Assembly (NCBI GenBank): GCA_030264375.1
Contig: JASCQW010000105.1
Coordinates: forward strand, 36,966,283 to 37,030,282
Direction: 5' to 3'
Length of the DNA stretch: 64,000 nt
Origin: Carcharhinus longimanus
Lineage: Eukaryota
Part shown: positions 14,061 to 25,477 of the stretch, piece after piece
Position numbering within the stretch: the stretch's first letter is position 1
Layout of the letters: the number at the start of each line of letters is the position of its first letter
Notes under the pieces: generated by a model
Database searches by the model: none
What the model was told of the DNA's origin: nothing
Seen by the model: the letters and a program-made list of their open reading frames with translations, nothing else
Translations under genes and position numbers: made by a program

Positions 14061-14481
14061 TATAGTGAGTGCCTTATGTTTTAAAATAGTTAAATTTAAT
14101 ATTGATGAATGTGACCATGTTTGACTGAATTCCTCCTTGAGTACGAGTCATTAACTTTATATCAGACATCGTCTAAAATCTGATTCGTGTATTGTCTGGC
14201 ACGATACTGTTTATGTCTTGTTTATGTAAGGTCATGCTGTCCATTTTCCAGTTCTCAATAGTAAGCAAGTTGCAGTTTTCCCAGATCATACAGCATCACT
14301 TAGACTCAAGATTCAAATCCGATTCACCTTTGAGGGAACACTGGTATTCTTTCTGATCTTTTGTCTTTTGATTATAAATGTTTAAATACCAATGATTTTT
14401 TTTCCCTTTTTTTTGTTTTGACTTTTGCTTGCATCTGACTTTCCTTTTGCTTCTGTCATTAACTGTTTCTGTCTGTGTCAG

Positions 14482-14661
14482 AATTAAGAGCTCAGTCCAG
14501 TCGACCATCTGGGGTAAGTTTAGTCAGTAAACGTCTACAGCAACTGAGACTTTTGAAGGCTGAACAACAGAAACAGCAAGATCTGGCAAAGAAGTCTTCA
14601 TCACAGCCTGCCTCTGACCATTTCACCCATGAAGGCTCCTCACTACATCCTAACACTTCAG
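14482..14661 (+). CDS. DCAF6: DCAF6 cassette-type coding exon (180 nt, phase 1->1): ELRAQSSRPSGVSLVSKRLQQLRLLKAEQQKQQDL...HEGSSLHPNTS
   Basis: Long pyrimidine tract ending tgtgtcag; donor CAG|GTTGCT. KRLQQLRL.KAEQQ.QQ.L and HEGSS match the recalled long-isoform exon of mammalian DCAF6. Confidence 0.88.
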
Positions 14662-16214
14662 GTTGCTGTTTGCTTTAAAATCTATCTTAGAAACTAGATG
14701 TGATTTTTCCATTTAGTTCATTATTTTGCTCCATACATATAAGTTAATAAAGTTAGTTTTGTAGAATTGCGATTTAATGTGCTGCGCTTCTTAAATGTTT
14801 AAGAAAAATTGGGCAAGCCCAGAAATTTCCATAGAAATCATTGCTGGGTGCACGAACATGTAACATTTTTAAATACTTAAAATGTGCATGTGTTGTTTGT
14901 AAGTAAACTCAAATTTCTATATCTTTGAACATTGTGGTAAGGCAAAAATGATCCATACAGTCTAGCTCTGAGTAGAAAAGAATTTTTCTGTGATTTTAAA
15001 AACAATTTGAACTTTTAGATATTGGCGTCTTCCTCGTAACTATTGAGAATGAATTGAATCAGCATTTTGGAGTGGTGGCATATAGAAGGATGCAGTGTTT
15101 TTGGTGGGAGGTTATGGTTTTTCTGCTGGAATTGCCATTAATGGAGCATAATTTAGTGTAAATTGCAACATGAGGTATCTTACTGTGCAAAGATTCTAGC
15201 TTTATACAAATTATGTGGGTACTTGTGCTTTGTCTACTCTCCTATGTATAGCATGAATACAGTGATAAAGAAATTGAATGTTTAAATGCTGTAGTGAAAT
15301 ATTTTCATGAGAAAACTTAGACCACTGTGAAAAATTATGGTGAATTGAAATGTATTAACTTAGAGATCCTTTGAATTCTTCTTCAGGATGATGCATGATT
15401 ATGCTATTTTAAGTGCAGAATTTAAACAGAGAGCTTTATTTTAAAGGCTAAGTGGGAATGCTGTAAAGTGAACACTCAAACCAGTCCAGGGCAGATATCA
15501 GGAAGGTTCAGCTGATTAACATGTCACTTGCCAACTCCCTCAATGGCCACAAATTGCCAGGAAGCAGCTGTCCTGCCATTAAAATTGAATCAATAGAGGT
15601 AAACGAGTCAAAAGACTGTCATTGGCACAAGATACATGGAGGGGCTTTCCAAGTTAGGCTGTCAGCCTGAAGCTGAGAACCCTCAAAGTGGATCCTGGAG
15701 AGGAGAACACTCATGCTACCCCTGATCCAAAAGGAAACTGGAAAAAAATTAAAATATATATCTGGTAGGCCTCTTATAACTCCATCCTGCTGTGCCCAGT
15801 AGGATTTACCTGAATGAGAACTTGCCATCACTCTCTTGTTCAGACTTTAGATTAAAATAGCAGTTCAGTATGGGAAAAAGAGAATTAAGTCCCCTGCTCC
15901 ATTTTAACTCCCCCAGCCAGCCAGACAAACTAAAATTGACTCCACAGTGATATAATTCTGGCACAAAATAATAATCAGTAATAGAAACCTGCACAAATGT
16001 GGCTGCACCACATCTACAAAGGCTGTCCAAGTTGGCGAGTTCTTGCTCCATTGTAATTGCTTTAGTTGAGACAACTCTTTGGCTGCTGTTGAACATCCAT
16101 CTGACTCCCTTGGGCCAATAGGCTTGTTTTACTAACTGAATTATTTATGACTTACCAATAGCTATTGCACAAACTTGTGTTTTTTAGTTTACCCTGCAAG
16201 TGGATAGAAATAAG

Positions 16215-16430
16215 AAGCTTGCATTCTATGATGCCTAATATTCCGTCAAATATCCCAAAATTCTTTATAATTATCTATTAATTGTTTTTGAAGTATGATC
16301 ACAGTTGCAAAGTAGGCAAATACAGCAGCCTGTTTTGCATTGAAATGTTATCTGAGATTATGAACTTAAATCTCTGGAGTGCGGCTTGAACCCATGACCT
16401 TCTGATTCAGGTGAGACTGCCACTGAAACA
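16215..16430 (-). mobile_element. Deu-SINE (SacSINE1-like) fragment
   Basis: Reversed L2-type tail and tRNA head (ggagtgcggcttgaacccatgaccttctgattcag). Confidence 0.5.
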
Positions 16431-16535
16431 AGGATGTCATAAATAATATACCTGCTTATCTGTTCTGTGACAATGTTCCAAATTAAGAAGAGCATTGGAC
16501 TACCCCTTTTCTGTTATTAAAAAAAAATTAAGAGG

Positions 16536-16710
16536 CCAGTCAAAAGGTGTGCAAATTAGGTTGATTGGCCATGCTAAATTGATCCTAGTGACAGGGGGAT
16601 TAACAGGGTAAATATAAGGGTTTATGGGAATAAGACCTGGGTGCTATTTTGGTCGATACAGACTTGAAGGTTGAATGGCCTCCTTCAGCACAGTAGGAGT
16701 GCTATGATTT
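16536..16710 (+). mobile_element. 5'-truncated V-SINE
   Basis: ttaggttgattggccatgctaaattg...gaatggcctccttcagcacagtagg. Confidence 0.7.
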
Positions 16711-16829
16711 TGCCTTTTGTTCTAACAAGTTAACTAAAATGCAAGACTATTTTTGCATATAGAAAAATTTGCAATTAATTTTGAAATTATATTTGCTATG
16801 ATTACTTAACCCCTTCTGAAGTTTAGTAT

Positions 16830-17110
16830 GCGATTTAAACTGATATGCAGTGTAGAATTGAAAGAAATGTAGCATTCACTGAAGCTCTTTCTGCCTGATG
16901 GATGTTAAGATTCACATGGTACTTTTTAAAACAAAAAGTTTGGATGTTCTCTGGTCTTTCATCTGAGTGCTGGTTAACAGGACCTTGCTGTGTACAAATT
17001 GGTTATTATGCTTGCCTATAAAACAAGTGATACGCTTCAAAATTAGCTCATCATTAAGTGCTTGGAAACATTCTGAAGATGTGAAAGCTGTTATATAAAT
17101 ACAAGTTCCC
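16830..17110 (+). mobile_element. Deu-SINE (SacSINE1-like) fragment
   Basis: ggatgttaagattcacatgg...gaccttgctgtgtacaaattgg...tatataaatacaagt tail. Confidence 0.55.
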
Positions 17111-19399
17111 TCGTTTCTTTTGCATGGTTGAACATCTGATATAAAATATATCTGTGCCTTTACATTTCACTAAAAATCTTGAAAGAACTATTAGCAAACT
17201 TTTGGATTGGGTAAATGTCTTGCTGTGCAAGCAATTAACATTGCAATGAACTTTGAGTCCATAATGTTATTGGAAATTTAGCTAGCTAGGTTGATAAGGA
17301 GCTCAATAATAGAAATCAAAAGAATAATACTTAGTATATCTAAGTTGGGGTGTTGATAGGAATGCTACAATTGGCCTCCATTACCCTGGACTGGAGATGA
17401 ACACTCAGCTGGGAGGCTGTAATTGGCTACATTGTATAATGCCCCTACACTGGAAAGGGGAAATCAACCAGAGAATGTCCTTGATATCCAGTGAGGTTTT
17501 TTGGAAAATGTGTAGAATGGAATATTATCAGTTTGTGTTGCCCCTTACAAACGAATGGCCTAACATTCACCATCCAAGCTCACATGAAGAATAACTACCT
17601 GAGGATGGCACCAGAGAATGTTTGTGGCTGATGGACCTAATTGCATACATATGTTGGTGGCTTTTGGAGAACGTGGGCCAGGGAAAAGAAAGGTACCGGA
17701 TCACCATATTTCACTTCATTCTGTTTTGTTCTTCAGAAAGTCTTTGGCTGTGGGCAGAGACTAGGGGGCTGAATAAAATGAGGGGGGTAGATGTTGCAGA
17801 CAGCTCTCCCTCCACCAACACCACACACACCGCCCCCCCCGAAGTAAAGTCAGTGTAGAGCCAACCAACTCCACACCAGCTTACAATGAAGTACTGTGGA
17901 TGGGTTCAACAATGGACAAGTGGGATTTCCACCCCTCAGTGGAAAGGAAGACTTGCAGTCATTCGCTGTTGGCTAATCGCGTCGGCTAGCAGCACCATCA
18001 GAACTGGCAGCGCTAGGGATTCCTTAGTGGCTGCTGTCAGCATGGACAGTGTATTTTCAAGGTCAATTAGCTTGGTAATGTTTCTAACTGACCCTTAATT
18101 ATACTGGATACATGCCTGGTATATTCACATAAAATACAGCCCTTGGAGCTTCTGTACATTTATAATTTTTAAAACAGCTACCTGCAAAATAAAATTTGCC
18201 GCTGATATCAGGTTATGCAATTGGAGCTTAAGAGATAGCCAGCGTTCAAAGCTACGGAATGTTGTGATCCATCTCTTGAAGTGGAGATAGTGCTACATGA
18301 GGTAATTGCAAGGACTGTTGTGCCATTTGTCATTTTAAAAAGCAACCCCTTACATCACCATTGCAATGTGCCTGGAAAGAGGTGGAGATTAATTTGTTAT
18401 CTGGGACGTTAGTTTGAACCTTGTTCAGGTGTCAGTCTCCATCCTATATAGGCCACTCCTGTTCCCAAGTTGGTCCTATTATCCAAGAATCTCAAGCCCT
18501 CCATCTTTCTAGATCTTTTGGTCTATTATCTTTTTATTGCTGTGTTAATAAGTGGCACCAGAAGTAACTGAATCCTCTAGTTTAATTTGTCTGCTAATCA
18601 TTATCAGGGTATTTCAGGACTATGTGGCTTTAAAATACTAGTTTGAACCACCAATGTAATCACATATTAAGCTGGCATTATTTCGGTAATTTATCTTCCT
18701 GATTTCCCCCATCCCTGCACAACTATTTCTTCCACAGTGCTGTGGTATTGCTTGTGTTTACTCTAAATGACTGATAAATTCTCTCATTTAATTTTGGACC
18801 AATTCTGTCTCAGATTTGCCCCTTGTGAGGCTGAACTCTTCATTTGATAACCTCCATACTTCACTGGGTCTTGGAATTACTGTGCACTAGATGCACAGGA
18901 TTGGTCTCTCACTACTTGACAATATAAAAAAAACACCTTTTGCTCACCCAATATCAAAAACCTCAAGAATAATCTACCAGTTGGAGAACACCTCATCATG
19001 TCACTTTTGAAATCAATTGATTAGTTTTGTGGTTTGCAAAAGGGCAGGACTTGGAAAAAAACAATGGCAAACCTTTTCTTGAATGTACACCTTTTATCTG
19101 CAGAAACTGATTACATTTACCGCAATTCCAAAGGGTGTATGCAGAATCAGGATACAACATTAGCAAGATGCTGTTTATAAGTAGTCTGCAGTATTTGAAA
19201 TAAATGGAGAAATGTGGGAGGAAGCCTTTGTCTCTTGTGCAATGGTAGGACCATTTTTGGATTGTAAAACTGACCTCCCAATTAGCAGGCTTTCCCATTA
19301 TTCTTTCACAGGGCAAACCAAATTAGAGCCTAGCTATAGGCTTTTGAGTGAGTTAAGGAGAACAGATGGGATGATGTGGTTGGTTTGTCAGAAGAAAGA

Positions 19400-20010
19400 T
19401 TTCTGTTTTAAAGGGACTATGACATGCTTCCACAAAGTTCTGTCACACTTGAATTGTTGAGGCTGCAGCACTGAGGAACAGAGTGGACACCTGGGAAAGC
19501 TGCCCCTGGATTTATGGTTCTTACCTGAAGATCCAGCAAGGTGAACTTTATCAAGAATGGGAGCAGGGCTGCCTCTGCAACAAAGCAGGTGTGGATGCAG
19601 GTGGTTGAGGAAGTAATTAATTGAGTGTGTTGTCTCCAACCTGGAGACAGTGCACCAAATGATTCGAGGAATTCAGCTGGATGGGAAAAGTGAGTGCTAT
19701 ACCACTTTCAAGTGTCAAGCTCCCCACTCTGAGTTGCTCAGGATTCTCCTGCACAGCACACTTTAAGTCAACACATCTTGTTGCTCCACACATTCCTCTC
19801 TGTGCAGGTACCTCTTATTCCCATCTGAGCAGCTAACACTCACACTTGCCCTTTGTCTATTTTTCTCACGCCCCAGGCTTCACATTGATCCTCCTTAAAT
19901 TGCTTTTTTTCCTTCTCTGCATGGAAACCATTACAAGCAGTCTCACCTCTCTGCTTTCTCTCTTTGCAGGACAAAAGAGCACAGAGAGGTAGAAAGGTAT
20001 AGTGTGGATA
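19400..20010 (+). mobile_element. Decayed PIF/Harbinger Myb/SANT-like gene remnant
   Basis: Frameshifted TLELL...VWMQVVEEV...TWRQCTK*FEE, then a GTGAGT donor (19690) and a strong acceptor at 19969 followed by DKRAQR. Confidence 0.4.
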
Positions 20011-21130
20011 AGCTGGAATGTGGTCCTCCAGCAGCAGACAATCTTGCCGGCCAGAGGCAATGCAAAACTATCTGATCCACTGGGAAGATGGTCACATTCC
20101 AAGAATATGCAGTGACCTGTCATGGGAACCTGAGTCTCCAGAGGCTCTGATACTCTGACATGTTGAGAAAGCTGGTCCTTTGCCTATTGAACATGTGCTG
20201 GGGATCTCACCTCCTTCTGGCTAGATTTGGTGATCATCTGCTTTGCCAAGTGGAGGGGCATGTGGCAAAAGAAAAGGCAGCTGATGATGCTGCTAGTGTT
20301 ACTCTTGCTGATGCTCAAATTTTTGGCAGCTGGAAGCTCCCATCTCTTGACCCTGAGGCTGCATAAGCAGTTTCTGTGCTCCTCAAAACCCTGGCAATGT
20401 GGTGGTGCAACAGAAGGTGGGTGACATGCTGGGCAGGTGACTGATTTACAAGCAATGATAATACACTTTGACAGACGGGATGTTTTGAATAGCTATCTCT
20501 AATCTGGATGTGACTGGAGCTCTTCAGTAAGATTTCACAGCTTGTCAGTTTTACTGAATAATTTCCTTTTCCTGTAGCACTTGCCTTATCCTACCTGCTG
20601 TGTTGCAGATATAGTATGGAACTCCTGCAATGTTGGAAAGAGAATCCATGTGCAGAATCATTCTTAATTGCCTTTTGGCTACATGNNNNNNNNNNNNNNN
20701 NNNNNNNNNNNNNNNNNNNNNNNNNNNNNNNNNNNNNNNNNNNNNNNNNNNNNNNNNNNNNNNNNNNNNNNNNNNNNNNNNNNNNTGCCTTTTGGCTACA
20801 TGTGCTCCCTGCTGCACTTCCAATCCACCTTTGGAAAAGCCAGAAGGGGGCAGAATCCAATCAGGGTCATGGCGCAACGTCATTTTCTGCAGTTTTGTTG
20901 CGCCAAACACACTTCTTTAAAGCCTGGAAAATTCCTCCCTTGATCAAAAATTGTCTCAATTTGAATTAATTGTGGAATTTATTTGGAGTGAATCCAGCAA
21001 TACTTGTTTTGGGTTTGCTTCAATTTAATTTGCTTTATCTGTTGTGCAATAGTGTATTCAATTTAAATGATCAATTCAGAGTTGATGAAAAATAGTGCGT
21101 TTGGTGTTTTTGGAAGCACATTCGTACAAT

Positions 21131-21247
21131 GGCTGGGATTTTCTGCTTGAGCATCAATCTGTGATTTTTCTGCCCGTGAAGATGAATTGCAGTTGGCAGG
21201 AAGGACATTGTGGGTTGCCAAATATGCAAGCAGACAAAATCTTGGCC
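21131..21247. mobile_element. Short MITE
   Basis: Inverted termini ggctgggattttctgcttg ... caagcagacaaaatcttggcc. Confidence 0.5.
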
Positions 21248-21529
21248 TGCAAGTTTAACATGCTGAAATAACAGTGTTAGTTTCATATTGACCCTAAATA
21301 TATAGAACACAAGTTGGGTGTTAAGACTCAGACTAACTATAAAACAAAACTATCTGCTCCATTCAGTCTGTTACAGATTGGAGAATCTGTCTCATTTTCA
21401 CAACTGCAATATCGATGTAAAATGAAACTGTTTTGCCCAAATTATGAGTATAGTGTGAAATCATGCTAAAATTGTTTTGCTAATTTGAGTCCTGCAGATT
21501 GTACACCTTTCTTTGTTACTTAAAAATTA

Positions 21530-21840
21530 AGTCTTGATGTGGAAGCATCACTGGCAAGGCAAGACTGATTTATTTCCTGTCATATTTGCCCTTGTACAAT
21601 TGAATAGCTTGCTAGGCTACTTCAGAGGATGTTTAGGAGTGAACAACATTTGTGTGGGACTGGAGTTACGCATAATCCAGAAAGCTTTCCTTCCCCAAAG
21701 GACATTAGTGAATCAGTTAGTTTTTAACCAAATTGATAGCTTTGTGGTTACTTTTCTGATTTTTAAGTGAAATCAAACTAACAAAATTCCATGAAGGCAC
21801 TCCTTGGATTATTAGGCCTGGACAGTCTGTAATGCTGTAG
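21530..21840 (-). mobile_element. Shark SINE fragment (same family as 51920-52160/54352-54510)
   Basis: Shared core ttccccaaaggacattagtgaatcag...ttttt and ccagcatttattgccc-like segment. Confidence 0.5.
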
Positions 21841-22221
21841 TATAGTTGAAAATTCTGAGCAAATGAAATTGCAATATAATTTTACAGGCCCAGAGCGTCT
21901 CTTTATCTATAGAGTGTAACGTGTATCAAATAATTTAAGCATCTGAAACATACGTTTAAATAAAATAACATTTCTAGGAATAATGAAATTGTGGTCATAC
22001 ACCAGGACGCACATAGAAGTTTTATAATAGTTGAAAATTTTTTTAAAGCCAAAGCTAATGGTACCAGTTATTTTACAGAGCTATTTTATCTAACAGGGAC
22101 TATAAAGAGTTGTGGTATATCATCAGTGTCTGGGTTCTTGAGAAACTAACAGTTTTAAAATTTTGCTCAGTCTTAGTTTTTTTTAAAGATTAATTCAATC
22201 TTGAAGATCATTTTTGCTGAT

Positions 22222-22400
22222 GCTGGTGGGATTTTGCATGCAACCCGTCTTATGTTTGGTGGAGGCAGCTGCCACTGGCTGGCAGCAGGATCTTCTGATC
22301 CCACTGCTGTCAATAGGGTTTCCCGTTGAATGCATCTCTTGCTGCCAGCAAACCTGCGGCAGGGGTGTGCCATCAACAGGACTGGAAGATCCTGCCAGCG
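22222..22400. mobile_element. Short MITE
   Basis: Inverted termini gctggtgggattttgc ... ggaagatcctgccagc. Confidence 0.55.
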
Positions 22401-23742
22401 TGAATTGGATGTCATTTTTAGTGACAGATTGCCAATCCATCGCTTCTCATTGGCCCTTAATAATCAAAACATTGCTTGACCATACAGAGATATTGTCAGT
22501 CGGTGCGAAACCTGGAATTTTTTTTTTCAGTTTCGTTTTTTCGGATGGAAATGCCTGAAGTAGGCAACTAGGGCTAGTGTCCAGAAATTGAGAAGCTGGT
22601 GCAGTTGTTAGTTGGAGTATATTGTGATTGGTTTACTGGAGGGAATGAGAGGGGCACCGCTGCTCCTCTTGATGCACATGCCAGAGTTCTAAGATTATAC
22701 ATTTCAAACGTTGAAAAATTCTTTCCAACTGGGGAACCTGGTTAATTTTTCAAAAACTGTTAGCACTGAGTTTTTAAGCTAGCTAGAATGTATAAATCAG
22801 CCATAACCAACTTGGATATTTTACCTTGATGTCCAAATTGATCATTTGACTTGAGTCTGAAGTTAACCTATTTTTATTATTAGAAGAAAAAGTACATAAA
22901 AGAGAATCATGTGAATCACCCTGTACAGCTGAGCAACTTATCCAATTTTTTAAAAAGTGGAAATAATCTAAAATGCATGGAAAATGATTATCAGGAGTTT
23001 AGATAATTTTGACTGGAGTCTATAAACAAAAGTATCAAAAATACAGAACTGATGGTGGATTATATGAGGTTACTGAGGAAGTCAAATTAATGTTAATGGT
23101 AGTAGAACCTTCAGTTTCTCAGTCCCAATCTCTAGAATCCTCTAAATTTTCAGCCTCTACCTCTCACCACCTTTAGAAATCTTCTTTGAAACCAATCTTT
23201 TTAACAATCCTTCCAATGTCTCTGTCAAATGTCAATTCTTCATGTGTGAGCCTGGGTGCTGAATGTTAGCAACAATCCTGTTCTCATTGGCATGTTTTTC
23301 ACCCAAAAGATTAAATATCATCCAGGAAAAAAAGTCAATTTTCTTCCCTTCTCTTCAGTGGCGTTGAGGCTAATTGTAGTGCATGTAGATGTTCTAGCTG
23401 AACTTATATTTTAGGTTTGTACCTGTAAGTAGGTTAAATACAGACTGTTCACAATCATAAACATATTATTTAAGATCAAACAGTAGAATCATTTGCAAAG
23501 TGAAATTGATTTAACCCTCATTATAAAATAAATTGTTTTCCCTCTGAGAAAACAAATTATTTTATTGGTCCAGTTTACATTAATTATGTCATAGTATAAA
23601 GTCTGCCATATCTCACCTTGGCAAAAATTATTATTTTTAAGAAAAGGTATTCGGAGCTTTAAGGCTTTTTTATTTTGCTTGGGGAAAGATAGTCACAAAA
23701 GTGCAATTTAATTTTTAAGTTTAAATCTAATTTTTGTTTCAG

Positions 23743-23802
23743 ATTCCCCTTCTTCTGTGGTAAACAAACAGCTTGGATCCATGTCACTTGATGAGCAACA
23801 GG
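23743..23802 (+). CDS. DCAF6: DCAF6 60-nt cassette-type coding exon (phase 1->1): DSPSSVVNKQLGSMSLDEQQ
   Basis: tttttgtttcag acceptor, G|GTGCGT donor. Peptide matches the recalled human 20-aa alternative exon. Confidence 0.93.
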
Positions 23803-24524
23803 GTGCGTGCAGCAAGAGATATGTGTACAAACACATATTTCTTCTTTAACTCCTCCATGACTTCATCTATTGTCTGAAGATTTTTTTTATTCTGCATTAC
23901 CGGTTTATTAGTTTCATTTCTGACAAATTGCTGTCATTCTGATCTATTTTGTTTGAGTAGACATCAAATAAATTCCCCTTCCAATGTTTTGATTCCTTAT
24001 TACCTGCTGCGAGAAGGAACGAATTGATTCATATACTTGGATATAATTAGACTTTGCTTTAAAATTTACATTACATTTGCAATCTTATAAAACTTAGCCC
24101 CTTGCATACTTTTAAAAACTTAAATGTAGAATTCTAATTTTGCACCATTTTTGGTATTATCTCCTACATTAACAATAGGATGAATCAGATGCAGTGAACT
24201 AGTCTGCTGTTATCCTTCTTATGAGTCTTAACTGTAGCTTCAGAAGAGATCCTTGACTGCATCAGTGTGACAATTCCAATATGTTTCTTTGCCAGTCACA
24301 CTAAATGCTCATCCTGTTGAAAAAAAGTCACTTTAAAAGGACTTTATTCATTTTTTGATCTCCAATTTTTTTTATTCACTGATTTCCCAGGGGTGGTTAT
24401 AATGCAAACAAATGAGTTGCAAAAAAGCTTATTTTCTCATTTTAAATAAAAGCTTCTTATTATGCTTTCTCAACAGATTTTTGGTCCTTTTGAAAAGGGG
24501 AATATCAATATGCATATAGTATTT

Positions 24525-25011
24525 GCAGATAACAGCACCATTATAGCTATATAGTACCTATGTAGTAAAAAATGTCTGTGTGCTTGACATAGATACAATC
24601 TGACAAATATGAACAGCAAGCCCTAGAAGCAGATTTTAGGAATGGTAACTGAAAGGTTAATCTCAGTGGTTAGTTTTAAGGAGGGTCTTAAAAGAGGCAA
24701 TGGCAAGGCAAAGAGCTTGAGGCCTAGACATCTGAATACATGGATATCAATGATAGGCCAAAGAAGTTTTAGGATGCGCAAGAAGCCAGAGATGGAGCAT
24801 TGCAGAATTCCCAGAATGTTACGAAGCTGTAGAATGCTACATGGATTGAGAGGGGTGACAAATATTGAACATAAGGGGGAGAAGAAAGTTAAATTTGAGG
24901 CATTAAGGTGACCAAGTCAATGTAGGTGAGTCAGCTCAGAACATAAGAACATAAGAAATAGGAGCAGGAGTAGGCCATCTAGCCCTTCGAGCCTGCCCTG
25001 CCATTCAATAA
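24525..25011 (-). mobile_element. L2 3' fragment followed by a CR1 3' tail (agaacata repeats) running into a gap
   Basis: Same antisense L2 pattern as 13170-14060; agaacataagaacataagaaataggagcaggagtaggcc is a reversed CR1 3' end. Confidence 0.55.
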
Positions 25012-25304
25012 NNNNNNNNNNNNNNNNNNNNNNNNNNNNNNNNNNNNNNNNNNNNNNNNNNNNNNNNNNNNNNNNNNNNNNNNNNNNNNNNNNNNNNNNN
25101 NNNNNNNNNNNTCAGTGTCTGTAGCTCAGAGGCCAGCTCATCTACCTTGAGCTGGAGCTCCTCCAGCAACCTGCACTTACTGCAGACAGGGTCGGTGTAT
25201 GTGAGAGAACTGATGCAAAATGGAGAACAGGTAGCAAAGTTTGAATATGTTTATAAAAAATAATGAGTATGAGGCCTGAGAGCATCACAATAGCCAAAAT
25301 AAAA

Positions 25305-25477
25305 AGAAATAAATGAAAATACTGGAAACACAACAGATTCACCAGCATTGTTTAAAAAAGTGTGGCATTTCTGGCGTGTAATCTTTCATCAGGCAAAAGT
25401 ATTAATGACAGATGTTCACTTGGGTTTCCAGCATATCTCTAGCATTTTCTATTTGCATTTTCAATTTCCGGTATTGA
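25305..25477. mobile_element. Penelope-associated quasi-palindromic element (decayed)
   Basis: aaaatactggaaa...tttcatcagg...tctagcattttctatttgcattttcaatttcc is a self-inverted arrangement; a related half lies at 27778-27890. Confidence 0.4.
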
